DNA of 25,574 nt. Source: Bdellovibrionia bacterium. GTDB lineage: Bacteria > Bdellovibrionota > UBA1018. Position 1 is the first letter of the stretch. Each line of letters opens with the position of its first letter. The stretch lies in NCBI GenBank assembly GCA_045805065.1, contig JBJMMA010000230.1:1-25574 (forward strand), read 5' to 3'. Of the stretch, positions 1-8,853 are shown piece by piece. The position numbers were made by a program, and so were the translations under genes. The notes below the pieces were generated by a model. It did not search any database and was not told the DNA's origin. It was given only the letters and a program-made list of their open reading frames with translations.

Positions 1-112
1 AACGGAAATCGCTCAAATGCTGACGGACGTTATTCGTTGCAAGCAGCCCTTGAGACGGAAATTGAGGGGCCGGCATTCCTAGACGGACAGGTTCTGAATA
101 GGTCAAAGCCAT
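1..112 (-). CDS. Thioredoxin-fold AhpC/TSA (peroxiredoxin-like) protein, 5' part only; runs off the window
   Basis: Not in the ORF track. Manual translation from ATG at 112 gives MALTYSEPVRLGMPAPQFPSQGLLATNNVRQHLSDFR, matching the MALT..LG.PAP.F...LSDF N-terminus of peroxiredoxin-like redoxins. AGGAG Shine-Dalgarno at 121-125, 8 nt from the ATG. The CxxC motif would lie outside the window. Confidence 0.7.
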   Translation of the reverse strand, partial: MALTYSEPVRLGMPAPQFPSQGLLATNNVRQHLSDFR

Positions 113-147
113 GGGTTACTCTCCTACGTTTTATTAAGAGAAAACGG

Positions 148-163
148 AGCAAAGAGCAAGCCA
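148..163 (-). promoter_or_regulatory. Possible sigma54 -24/-12 promoter for the redoxin gene (overlaps an alternative sigma70-like TTGCTC-17-TAATAA at 159..131)
   Basis: Minus strand reads TGGCTTGCTCTTTGCT (GG-N10-GC), about 35 nt upstream of the ATG at 112. Confidence 0.4.
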
Positions 164-193
164 TGGCCGTGCGATCTATTTAAACCCGCTCCC

Positions 194-511
194 TTATCTA
201 AGGGCGGCGTTATTATACTGGTAAGTCTTCTTAGAGACGCGCTGAAGCGGGGCCTTGATTCGAGGCTGCTGAGCAAGCGGTAGCTTCTCCCGGTAACGTG
301 GCTCAAGATTCGATAACTTTTGGATATCGCCATCAAAATTAGGGCTCGACTCGCGAGGAACACTGATTTCTGATAGACTCTGATAGATAGCCGTATCGTC
401 GGTAATTCGATTCCGTTTTGGAACCGAGGCCAGGGCAATGGATAAAATCACAAAGCCCGTGACGGCACCCAAACCGAACAGCTTTCGATCTCTTTTGTGT
501 AGAATCGACAT
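194..511 (-). CDS. Small hypothetical single-pass membrane or secreted protein (105 aa)
   Basis: Start moved from 559 to ATG 511 because of GGAGG at 521-525 and an upstream sigma54 motif. The protein has a basic N-terminus and one hydrophobic helix (LFGLGAVTGFVILSIALA). Confidence 0.7.
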   Translation of the reverse strand: MSILHKRDRKLFGLGAVTGFVILSIALASVPKRNRITDDTAIYQSLSEISVPRESSPNFDGDIQKLSNLEPRYREKLPLAQQPRIKAPLQRVSKKTYQYNNAALR

Positions 512-542
512 AACGAACGTCCTCCAAACGCGGACGCCATTG

Positions 543-558
543 AGCAAGGTCGGTGCCA
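543..558 (-). promoter_or_regulatory. sigma54 (RpoN) -24/-12 promoter
   Basis: Minus strand TGGCACCGACCTTGCT is a near-perfect match to TGGCACG-N4-TTGCW. Predicted TSS about 532, just upstream of the SD and ATG 511. Confidence 0.75.
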
Positions 559-664
559 CAGGGCAGCATGGAAGAAATCAGCTCAAACCCTTGAAATCGT
601 TAGCCCAGGGGCGATATGAAACTGTTTAAACCTTAGACAATTGGAACCTACACTGACAGGCGAC

Positions 665-3658
665 ATGCAAAAAACCCCTACACCTCCGTCTTCTACCACT
701 CGTAACTTTCGAACCATCCGTTTGAACCGAGTCAGGCAGAACAATCTGAAGAACGTCTCCGTAGAGTTCCCAGCAAGAAAAATATCTGTCGTGACAGGCC
801 TATCCGGAAGCGGAAAAAGCTCTCTTGTCTTTGACACTCTTTACGCCGAAGGCCAGCGCAGATACGTGGAAAGCCTTTCCACCTATACGCGGCAGTTCCT
901 TGAGAAAATGCCAAAGCCTGATCTCGATTCCATCGAGAACATCCCGCCTGCCATCGCGCTCGAGCAAAAGAACCACGTTCTCAACTCGCGCAGCACCGTG
1001 GGCACGCAAACTGAGATCGTGGATTATCTTCGCGTTCTATTCGCAAAGATTGGTCACACCTTTTGTGTGAACTGCGGAACAGAAGTCAAAAAGCTGGATG
1101 CCATGTCCATTCTGGACTGGGCTGCCAACTGGCTTCCAGGTCGCAAAGCCCTGATCCTGGCACCCATCTCTCTGACGCCTCCTGCAGCCGCTGCAGCCAA
1201 GAAAGGCAAAAAGGCCGCTACAAAAAAGGCCCCAAAAAAAGCTGCAACAGCTGCCGCGAAAAAAGCCGCAGCCGTTGCGGGCGCTGCTTCGATCGAATCT
1301 CTCTTTCAGGTCCTGCGTGAGCAAGGATTCCAACGTGTCTTCTGGCGCCTGGGCAAAAAGAGCGAAGTGATTGACCTTCAAGACACCGAAGGTCAAAAAC
1401 CTGATTTCTCGGATCCCAAGAGCGAACTCTACGTGGTCGTGGATCGCCTGCGCTTGAGCGAAACTCCTGATTCGGATACGCGTGGAAGACTTCTGGATTC
1501 CATCGATCAGGCGCTTGCCATTGGCCATGGAAAGCTTGCGTTCCATGACATGGACGAGGAAGCTTCTCCGGAAGATCAGCTTCGAAGCTTTGACAGTCGC
1601 TTTTCCTGCGGAAACTGCGGCAAAGAGCATCGCCAGCCTGAGCCTCACCTCTTCTCCTTCAATAGCCCACTGGGAGCTTGCGGCCATTGCAGCGGATTTG
1701 GCTACACGCTCGATCTCGACGAGTCTCTCGTTGTTCCTGATCCCTCCAAGACTTTGAAGAACGGAGCAATCGATCCACTTTCGAAGCCATCACTTTCTGA
1801 CTGGCAAAGAGACATGTTTCGCTTCTGTGAGCGACAGGGAATCTCCATCGGCAAGCGTTACAATGAGTTGACGCCTGCGCAAAGAAAGCTTCTTTGGAAT
1901 GGATCTCCGGACGACAAGACCTTCCCAGGAATCATGGGATGCTTTGAGGATCTCAAAGGATATAAATACAAGCTTCACATCCGAGTTTTTATCCGTCGCT
2001 ATCAGAGCCAATCGCTCTGCTCGGTGTGCCATGGCGCACGCCTGAAACCTGAAGCCCTGGCCGTGAAAGTCGGCGGCGGAAATAGCCCATTCAGAAACAT
2101 CGGCGAAGTGCTTCAGATGTCTGTTGATGATTCTGTCACATGGATTCAAAGCCTTGAGCTTACGCCGAATGAGCAGAAAATCGCGAAAGAGGTTTTCTTT
2201 CAGGTCGAGCGACGCCTCTCCTTCTTGAGCGAAGTAGGCGTTGGCTACCTCACGCTTTCGCGCCTGACCAAAACTCTCTCAGGTGGAGAGTTCCAACGCA
2301 TCAATCTTGCGACTCAACTTGGAAACGGACTCTGCGGAACCCTTTACGTGCTCGATGAGCCATCGATTGGACTTCATGCGGCCGATACGGAGCGATTGAT
2401 CCGAGTTCTTGAGCGCCTTCGCGATCAAGGAAACACGGTGGTCGTCGTTGAGCATGATCTTGAGGTCATGAAAACGGCAGACTGGCTTGTGGAGCTTGGC
2501 CCGGGAGCGGGTCATCGCGGCGGCGAGCTGGTTGCGCAAGGCGACTCGAACACTCTTCAGAGAATCCCAGGTTCAGTGACCGGGAAATATCTCTCCGGAG
2601 CGTTCAGCGTTCGCAGAACACGCGCCCTTCGCCCTGCACCAAAGCGCTTTCTGAAGATGACGGGTTGCCGTGAGAACAATCTTAAAAACCTGACGGTCGA
2701 GGTTCCACTCGATCGCCTGGTGGTTGTCACAGGCGTATCGGGCTCAGGCAAGAGCACGCTGGTTCATAAGACGCTCTTCAATGCGCTTTCTCGCCTCTTT
2801 TATCGCACGACCGATAATGTGGGACTTTTTGATCGCCTGTATGGAGCGGATCAGCTCTCAGGCGTTGTCCTGCTCGATCAAACACCGATCGGAAAGAGCT
2901 CGCGCTCCAATCCTGCGACTTACCTGAAAGCCTGGGATGAGATTCGGCGCATCTATGCCAATCAGGTACTCTCACTGAGACGTGGCTATACGCCTCAGCA
3001 TTTCTCGTTCAACGTCGATGGCGGCCGATGCCCGGTTTGCAAAGGCGAAGGCGAAATCACCTTGGACATGCACTTCATGGCCGAAGTGAAGCTTCCTTGC
3101 GAGGAGTGCGAAGGCAAACGCTTCAAGAAGAGCGTGCTCGATGTCTCTTTCCGCGGAAAGAACGTCGATCAGCTTCTGCACACAACGATTGATGAAGCAT
3201 ACGAGCTCTTCCGGGATAACCCGCTTCTGATGAAGAAGTTTGGAATCCTCCGCGATGTGGGCCTAGGTTACCTGCAACTCGGGCAAAGCGGCACAACGCT
3301 CTCAGGCGGCGAGTCTCAGCGTCTGAAGATTGCTGCAGCCTTGGATGACAAGGGCGTTGAAAATCAGCTCTACATTTTTGATGAGCCTACGACAGGTCTT
3401 CATCTCGAAGACGTCAAAAAGCTCATGGAAGTGATTCATGATCTCGTGGATGCACGCCATAGCGTCATCATGATCGAGCATCATATGGATGTTATCGCCC
3501 AGGCAGATTGGATTATCGATTTAGGCCCGGGTGGCGGCGTTCACGGCGGAAACCTTGTGGGAAGCGAAGCACCCGACCGTTTGATTCACGATGAACAATC
3601 CGTGACCGGTCGAATGCTCCGCATCCAAGGTTATCAGTTTCCAGAACGGACTACTTAA
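665..3658 (+). CDS. uvrA: Excinuclease ABC subunit A (UvrA)
   Basis: Two ABC ATPase modules: QNNLKNV, GLSGSGKSS, LSGGE, LDEPSIGLH; and ENNLKNL, GVSGSGKST, LSGGE, FDEPTTGLH. Zn-finger CxxC pairs (CVNC, CGNC, CGHC, CSVC, CPVC, CEEC), plus the EGQRRYVESLS and FSFN motifs. ATG 665 preferred over TTG 641. Confidence 0.96.
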   Translation: MQKTPTPPSSTTRNFRTIRLNRVRQNNLKNVSVEFPARKISVVTGLSGSGKSSLVFDTLYAEGQRRYVESLSTYTRQFLEKMPKPDLDSIENIPPAIALEQKNHVLNSRSTVGTQTEIVDYLRVLFAKIGHTFCVNCGTEVKKLDAMSILDWAANWLPGRKALILAPISLTPPAAAAAKKGKKAATKKAPKKAATAAAKKAAAVAGAASIESLFQVLREQGFQRVFWRLGKKSEVIDLQDTEGQKPDFSDPKSELYVVVDRLRLSETPDSDTRGRLLDSIDQALAIGHGKLAFHDMDEEASPEDQLRSFDSRFSCGNCGKEHRQPEPHLFSFNSPLGACGHCSGFGYTLDLDESLVVPDPSKTLKNGAIDPLSKPSLSDWQRDMFRFCERQGISIGKRYNELTPAQRKLLWNGSPDDKTFPGIMGCFEDLKGYKYKLHIRVFIRRYQSQSLCSVCHGARLKPEALAVKVGGGNSPFRNIGEVLQMSVDDSVTWIQSLELTPNEQKIAKEVFFQVERRLSFLSEVGVGYLTLSRLTKTLSGGEFQRINLATQLGNGLCGTLYVLDEPSIGLHAADTERLIRVLERLRDQGNTVVVVEHDLEVMKTADWLVELGPGAGHRGGELVAQGDSNTLQRIPGSVTGKYLSGAFSVRRTRALRPAPKRFLKMTGCRENNLKNLTVEVPLDRLVVVTGVSGSGKSTLVHKTLFNALSRLFYRTTDNVGLFDRLYGADQLSGVVLLDQTPIGKSSRSNPATYLKAWDEIRRIYANQVLSLRRGYTPQHFSFNVDGGRCPVCKGEGEITLDMHFMAEVKLPCEECEGKRFKKSVLDVSFRGKNVDQLLHTTIDEAYELFRDNPLLMKKFGILRDVGLGYLQLGQSGTTLSGGESQRLKIAAALDDKGVENQLYIFDEPTTGLHLEDVKKLMEVIHDLVDARHSVIMIEHHMDVIAQADWIIDLGPGGGVHGGNLVGSEAPDRLIHDEQSVTGRMLRIQGYQFPERTT
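1178..1288 (+). repeat. Ala/Lys-rich low-complexity insert in UvrA
   Basis: Encodes PPAAAAAKKGKKAATKKAPKKAATAAAKKAAAVAGAA, with repeated KKA/AAKK units. Confidence 0.85.
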
Positions 3659-4229
3659 CTGATCTGACTCCACTCGAAGTGACTGGAGTCACGGAGCCAG
3701 AGTCCACGACTTGAAGGGCGATCTCAGGATAGCGTTCGCCGTTCGGACGGTTGACATACGTAATGCGAGCTTGCGCAGTCACAAGGACGCGCTTCTGAAG
3801 GTAACGGCTCCAGAATGGCCATCCACCGGTCAGGTAGTAATAAGGTGCGCGAGCGCGTTGCACATTTGCCAGCCATGGATGCTGCTGAAGATCGATGGCA
3901 AACATCGGAACTGACGTTGCAGACGTTGCATTGGGATTATCAGAACCTGCGACAATGGTTCCGTAGAGAGAGTAGAACTCGCCCGGAGCAAGCTCGACAT
4001 GTTGATTGATCGTGAGCAAAGGATTTGGAACTTCACCGCCTCCATGTCCTCCTCCGCCATGACCACCTGGCTGAAGGCATTCACGAACTTCCGATTTGCT
4101 CAAATCAACGACTTGAGAATCGTACTCAGTTGACTCGTTCGCACGAGCAACACCTGGCACCGTCACACACACGGCCGCCAAAATCCCTAAGAAGCAAAAA
4201 CTCAGAAGCTGGATTTTAAAATTCCTCAT
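3651..4229 (-). CDS. Secreted hypothetical protein with a Gly/His linker and an aromatic-rich beta domain
   Basis: Sec signal peptide ending ARA, then a GGHGGGGHGGG linker. A G-run SD lies at 4237-4242 (alternative ATG at 4235). The gene starts just downstream of the TPR-wHTH gene, and its 3' end overlaps uvrA by 8 nt. Confidence 0.75.
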   Translation of the reverse strand: MRNFKIQLLSFCFLGILAAVCVTVPGVARANESTEYDSQVVDLSKSEVRECLQPGGHGGGGHGGGEVPNPLLTINQHVELAPGEFYSLYGTIVAGSDNPNATSATSVPMFAIDLQQHPWLANVQRARAPYYYLTGGWPFWSRYLQKRVLVTAQARITYVNRPNGERYPEIALQVVDSGSVTPVTSSGVRSVK

Positions 4230-4244
4230 TAGCATTCCCCCCTA

Positions 4245-5627
4245 TCAATTAACTTCTTCAGCCTTCATCCCGGTTTTCTGAGATGCGCCTGAAGATCCCC
4301 CCACGAACTGGACTTTCAGCCCCGGAGCAAGCCGATAGCCTTCTCTCCAGTTCACTAAATACTTTGGCTTATGCACATCCGGCTCGATGAGTTTTCTGAG
4401 CCGGTTAATGTTGTAATAAAGCTTGTTGTCATGAGCTTCGGGCCGGTACTTCTCTTTCCAGACCTGCTCAATGATCTCGGCCTTTGAAAGGCCCCGCTCA
4501 CGATCTGCTTCACTTCCATGATGGGCCCTGGAAAGAGCTTCCAGAATATGAAGCAAGACGTACTGCTTACCCAGTGCGATCTCTCCCGCTTCGCGCGTTT
4601 GAATGATGCACTGGCGGCTGTCCACCAGAAGATCGACCGCGTCTGATTCGAGGCGCGCTTTCTCGGTGGCGATTTCTTTTTTCAGGAGCCCGAACTCGGC
4701 ACTGGTCGTCGCCTTTTCAATCAGGTCGAGATACCAGTAAGCTTGCGAGAAGTTTCTTTGGTGACGAGCCAGGCGCGCGTAAGCGTAAAGAACGTAAAGA
4801 TGGTAGTACCAGCTATGGCTTGCGAGAAAAGCCGCGTGAGCCTTCTGATACCATTGCAAAGCCTCTTCAAATTTACGCTGGCGCTCGTACACGCTTCCCG
4901 TCAAATGATAAAGCATCCCGTTGACGCCGCGAAGATTGCGAGCCTCAAAACGTTGCAAAAGAATTTGAATCAGATGAAGAGAGCGCCTGAGGTGGTTTCT
5001 TTGCCAAAGCAAGGTCGCCATCATGACCCAGCCACGGGCAATCAGATCTTCGTTTGAGATCAGATCATCCAAAGCGTGGGCAGCAGTTCCCTTAGAATTC
5101 TTTTCAGATTGAGCCACTTCTTTTCGGATGGCGCGCAGAAAGCGATGATTGTGACGTTGCGCCAGGAGGCATTCTCCCCGCCCGCGTGCAATGATCCCTT
5201 TGCAGTACCAGGCCATGGGCGGCACCTGCTTGGGATGCGCTTGCATCATCGCATCCAGCTCATGCTCGAGACGCTGAATGGCTTCCTTATCCAAAGCCTC
5301 ACCGGCCAGACGCAGAAGTCCCGCAAGGGCTTCCATCATCGCGCGCAGATCCGACTCGGATTTGGCGATCTCCAAGGCAAGCTGATAGTTTTCCCGCGCT
5401 TCTCTGAGCTCGCACTTCTCGGAACGCATCTGAGCCATCTGAAGAAGCTGGCGAACCGATGGCGCCATCATCTGCCTTTTCATGCTGGCAGAGACCTGAG
5501 AAGATTCGGGCGCACGAGCTTCCGACGCAACAGCTCCACGCGATGCTGAAGCGCGAGGCGCTGCACGCAGGCTTGGTCGACGCTTTGCGACCGCTTTGCT
5601 TGTCGGTTTGCTTTTCAGCTTCTTCAT
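4245..5627 (-). CDS. TPR-repeat protein with C-terminal OmpR/PhoB-type winged-helix DNA-binding domain
   Basis: TPR-like helices (GSVYERQRKFEEALQWYQKA, NFSQAYWYLD). The C-terminal LSKAEIIEQVW...NKLYYNINRLRKLIEPD..PKYLVNWREGYRL is a Trans_reg_C-type pattern. No receiver domain. Start at 5627 or 5651. Confidence 0.85.
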   Translation of the reverse strand: MKKLKSKPTSKAVAKRRPSLRAAPRASASRGAVASEARAPESSQVSASMKRQMMAPSVRQLLQMAQMRSEKCELREARENYQLALEIAKSESDLRAMMEALAGLLRLAGEALDKEAIQRLEHELDAMMQAHPKQVPPMAWYCKGIIARGRGECLLAQRHNHRFLRAIRKEVAQSEKNSKGTAAHALDDLISNEDLIARGWVMMATLLWQRNHLRRSLHLIQILLQRFEARNLRGVNGMLYHLTGSVYERQRKFEEALQWYQKAHAAFLASHSWYYHLYVLYAYARLARHQRNFSQAYWYLDLIEKATTSAEFGLLKKEIATEKARLESDAVDLLVDSRQCIIQTREAGEIALGKQYVLLHILEALSRAHHGSEADRERGLSKAEIIEQVWKEKYRPEAHDNKLYYNINRLRKLIEPDVHKPKYLVNWREGYRLAPGLKVQFVGGSSGASQKTGMKAEEVN

Positions 5628-5649
5628 AGGTTTTCGAAGTGGGCAACGC

Positions 5650-5677
5650 ATGGTAATCTAAGCCGGCCGAGAGTCAA
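5650..5677 (-). promoter_or_regulatory. Putative sigma70 promoter of the TPR-wHTH gene
   Basis: TTGACT (5677-5672), 16 nt spacer, TACCAT (5655-5650). Confidence 0.45.
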
Positions 5678-5689
5678 GAAGGGACTAAG

Positions 5690-6547
5690 ATGCTGCACTA
5701 TTCCAAATGGCCCACTTCATCTGCTTCACTTTCACCCGAGAGCTTTAAAGCCAGGCTCGTCTTTCTTCATGGAATGGGAGGCACCGGGGCACTCTGGCGT
5801 CCCATTGCCGCAACGTTAGAGAATGAATACGAAATCCTGGCTCCCGACCAGCGTGGACACGGAAAAAGCCAGATCCCCACTCAAGCAGGTGGACGCGAAA
5901 CGCCCCAATACACTCCTCTTCATTATGGAAAGGATGTCATTGAGACGATGGACGCGCTCGGATTTCATCCGGCCTGGCTCATCGGACACTCGATGGGGGT
6001 TCGGACTGCGTGCGCTGCAGCGCATCTCAAGCCTGAGTGGGTCAAAGGTTTAGTTCTGATCGATCTCGGACTCTCCGGACAAGCAGGAGGCGGATTGGGA
6101 GACACCTTAGGAAATTTCCTTAAAATTCTTCCAATGGAGTTCAATAGCCGAGCCGAGGCGCGTTCCTATATGGAGCAGCACTGCCCGGACCCCTCGATTG
6201 CTCAATATCTGATGGCGGTCTCGGTTCGAACGCCTACGCCCGACGCTCCCGAAAAGCTCACCTTCCCTTTTGATCGCGCAGCCCTGATTCAGACGATTCA
6301 TGCGGCTCGCGACTCATCGGTCAGAACCTGGGTGAAGGAGCTGGCCTCCCAGGGAATGCCCATTCTGATCCTGCGCGGCGCTCAAAGCCTGGTGTGGAGC
6401 AAGGAAGACTACGAAAAAGAAAAGGCGCACTTTCAAGGTGCGCCTTCCGTTCATTTTGAAGAATTTGAAGGCGCCGGTCACGGTCTGCCGTTCGAAAAAC
6501 GGCTCGACTTCACCCGGCGCCTCACAAACTTGATTTCAAGCTATTAG
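5690..6547 (+). CDS. Alpha/beta-fold hydrolase (esterase-like)
   Basis: LHGMGG oxyanion loop, DQRGHGKS, GHSMG nucleophile elbow, GAGH catalytic His. Confidence 0.92.
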   Translation: MLHYSKWPTSSASLSPESFKARLVFLHGMGGTGALWRPIAATLENEYEILAPDQRGHGKSQIPTQAGGRETPQYTPLHYGKDVIETMDALGFHPAWLIGHSMGVRTACAAAHLKPEWVKGLVLIDLGLSGQAGGGLGDTLGNFLKILPMEFNSRAEARSYMEQHCPDPSIAQYLMAVSVRTPTPDAPEKLTFPFDRAALIQTIHAARDSSVRTWVKELASQGMPILILRGAQSLVWSKEDYEKEKAHFQGAPSVHFEEFEGAGHGLPFEKRLDFTRRLTNLISSY

Positions 6548-7776
6548 CTCTCGGTAGGCTCGCCGCCATTCACGACATCTGGATTCATGTCGATCTTGGC
6601 CTTGTCGCTGATCTTCTTGAGAAACGACTCGAACATGGAGCGCTGCTTTTTCATCGTCAGCTGCTTCATGACATTGTCGCGCTCGGCATCGAACTTCGCG
6701 GCGTCTGCATGCTGAACTTCAGAGACCACAGCCACAACGATTGCACCTGGCTGAGTGTACTTCTTGGCCTTGGCGCCGATTGGGGACGGCTCCTGGAAGG
6801 CGTCAGCCATCAGCTCTTTCGACTCGCCCACGCCTGGGATCATATCACCCTGCTGGCTGAAGAGGCCGGTGGACTTCACGCTTGCGCCGTAGGCTTTCAA
6901 GAGTGCGTTCACGCGAGCGTCAGAACCCTTGTCCGCCGTCAATGCGGCCTGAACCTGATCGGCAAGCTTTTCATTAATCTTCTGAATATCGGCCAAGCGC
7001 TCGCTGGCGATCAGATCACGGGCAATCTCGTTTTGAGCCTGTTCCAAGGTCTTCCCTTTGAACTCAGCTTCCTTACGAGCATCAAACTGAGCCTTCACCA
7101 GGTTCATCTTCGAAGCATCCGCAAGATACTTTTTGATTTCTTCTGACTTCACTTCAACGCCCTTGCGGCCGTTCTCGCTGTTCAGAAGAACATATTTCAC
7201 GCTTCTCTTGTTGTGGCTCATCAGGAAGTCCTGGCGAGCTTCAGCGTCCGATACGTGAATCCGGCGCATGAAGTAGTCGTTCCAGCGTTGAGCCGAAAGA
7301 TCATCCCGGATAAGTTTTTCAAAGTTGCCCGTCGATCCGTAAGGGCTGGCTTCGATCGTCTGCTTGTAAGCGACCAGATCGAATTTGCCGTCCTTTTGGA
7401 AGGCAGGAATATCAAGGATCGCCTGCTTCACTTCTTCATCCGAAGCGGTCAGGCCCATTCGGTGAGCTTCCTGAATCATCAACTTGCGTTGAACGAGCTC
7501 ACGGAAAACCGATTCCTGCACTCGGAAAGCCCGGAGTTGTTCTTCCGAGATCTTGCCGCCTGCCATTTTACGGAAAAATTCCAGGCGCTGGTTCAGGCTC
7601 TGCTGATACTCGCGCAGGCTGATTGCTTCGCCGTTCACTGTACCGGCGACAGTTCCTTCATGCATGCCCCTCGTCGCCTTCGGAGCAAAAACTCCGTAAA
7701 AGATGAAGACCAGGGAGATCAATCCAATAATGACGGTAACAATCGCCGCTCCGAATTTTTCACGTATCCATTGCAT
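6544..7776 (-). CDS. Membrane-anchored PpiD-like chaperone (SurA N-terminal domain), apparently without the parvulin domain
   Basis: MQWIREK followed by a TM helix; VAGTVNGEAIS, GLTASDEEVKQAILDIPAFQKDGKFD, C-terminal KAKIDMN. This is the PpiD/SurA_N pattern, and the gene is divergent from mreC. The ORF track starts it at 7794. Confidence 0.85.
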   Translation of the reverse strand: MQWIREKFGAAIVTVIIGLISLVFIFYGVFAPKATRGMHEGTVAGTVNGEAISLREYQQSLNQRLEFFRKMAGGKISEEQLRAFRVQESVFRELVQRKLMIQEAHRMGLTASDEEVKQAILDIPAFQKDGKFDLVAYKQTIEASPYGSTGNFEKLIRDDLSAQRWNDYFMRRIHVSDAEARQDFLMSHNKRSVKYVLLNSENGRKGVEVKSEEIKKYLADASKMNLVKAQFDARKEAEFKGKTLEQAQNEIARDLIASERLADIQKINEKLADQVQAALTADKGSDARVNALLKAYGASVKSTGLFSQQGDMIPGVGESKELMADAFQEPSPIGAKAKKYTQPGAIVVAVVSEVQHADAAKFDAERDNVMKQLTMKKQRSMFESFLKKISDKAKIDMNPDVVNGGEPTES

Positions 7777-7825
7777 AGGCCTAAGTTCTCTCACAACTTT
7801 ACGGAAAGATTCAAGCCAGTTTAGC

Positions 7826-7854
7826 TTGCGCTGCCCTCATGAGATCGTTACAGT
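7826..7854 (+). promoter_or_regulatory. Putative sigma70 promoter of the mreCD-mrdA-rodA operon
   Basis: TTGCGC, 17 nt spacer, TACAGT in the divergent intergenic region. Confidence 0.45.
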
Positions 7855-7959
7855 CTTTGTGACCAGGCCGGGCGCGAGCCGGGCCGAGATGAGAAATTGA
7901 CCACGCCAAATGGAGTTTAGGCGAAGGATTTCCATAGGAGTAAGGGGACACGTTAGAAC

Positions 7960-8853
7960 ATGGTCAAGTATTTAAGGGAATATCGCTTCTACATCATTCT
8001 CTTCGCATTTATCCTGATCCCGGTGATCGCAATTGATACATCGACTCGCGCCCCACGCGATTATCGTTTCTATGATCGATTGATCGTGGGCATCACCTGG
8101 CCCATTCAAGCGGGCATCAGCTGGTCGCTTGATAAAGTCGCATCGGGATTTCACAACTACATTTATCTCTGGCACGTCAGACAGGACAACCTGAGCCTGA
8201 TGGACGAGAACCGCCGGCTTCTGAACTCCATTGCGGGTCTTCGCGAGACAGAGCAGGAAAATCTTCGTCTTAAGAAAATCCTGACCTTTGAAGAGCACTT
8301 TCACATTCAATCCACCGTTGCCCGTGTGGTGGCCAAAGACATCTCGACTGAGTTTCGCGCCATCCGCATCAACCGTGGCGAGAACGCCGGCATTCGCAAA
8401 AACATGGCCGTCATTTCGACGGAAGGCGTCGTAGGACGCGTTCTGCGTACGACCCCGAACACGGCTGACGTCATTACAGTCCTGGATCTGCTCTCTGCCG
8501 TCGACACCATTAATGAGCGCTCTCGCGCACGCGGCGTCATGGAAGGCTTGACCGATGATGTCGCCGTCCTTCGCTATACGGTGAGAACCGATGACATTCA
8601 AACGGGCGATGGCTTGATCTCCAGCGGCCTGGGAGGCATCTTCCCGAAAGGCATTCCGGTCGGAACGGTCTCCAAGGTCAATCGCAAGCAATTCGGCATT
8701 TCTCAGGAAGTGGAAGTCCGCCCCGCCGTGGACTTCGCAAAGCTCGAGGAAGTCATGATCGTGACCCACGCGGACAGCGATTTCACGATTCCTGCCCCCG
8801 CCCCTGCGTCCACCTCCTCGAACAACTCCTCTAACAATTCTGGGAAGCGTTAA
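7960..8853 (+). CDS. mreC: Rod shape-determining protein MreC
   Basis: N-terminal TM helix, coiled coil (ENRRL..EQENLRLKKIL), INRGENAGI, GVVGRV, SSGLGGIFPKGIPVGTV, PAVDFAKLEEV; operon context. Confidence 0.96.
   Translation: MVKYLREYRFYIILFAFILIPVIAIDTSTRAPRDYRFYDRLIVGITWPIQAGISWSLDKVASGFHNYIYLWHVRQDNLSLMDENRRLLNSIAGLRETEQENLRLKKILTFEEHFHIQSTVARVVAKDISTEFRAIRINRGENAGIRKNMAVISTEGVVGRVLRTTPNTADVITVLDLLSAVDTINERSRARGVMEGLTDDVAVLRYTVRTDDIQTGDGLISSGLGGIFPKGIPVGTVSKVNRKQFGISQEVEVRPAVDFAKLEEVMIVTHADSDFTIPAPAPASTSSNNSSNNSGKR

Noticed and set aside
560..664. LexA/SOS box or clear promoter upstream of uvrA
   Set aside because: No recognisable SOS palindrome. TTGAAA at 591 pairs only with a poor -10 (TATGAA, 18-nt spacer).
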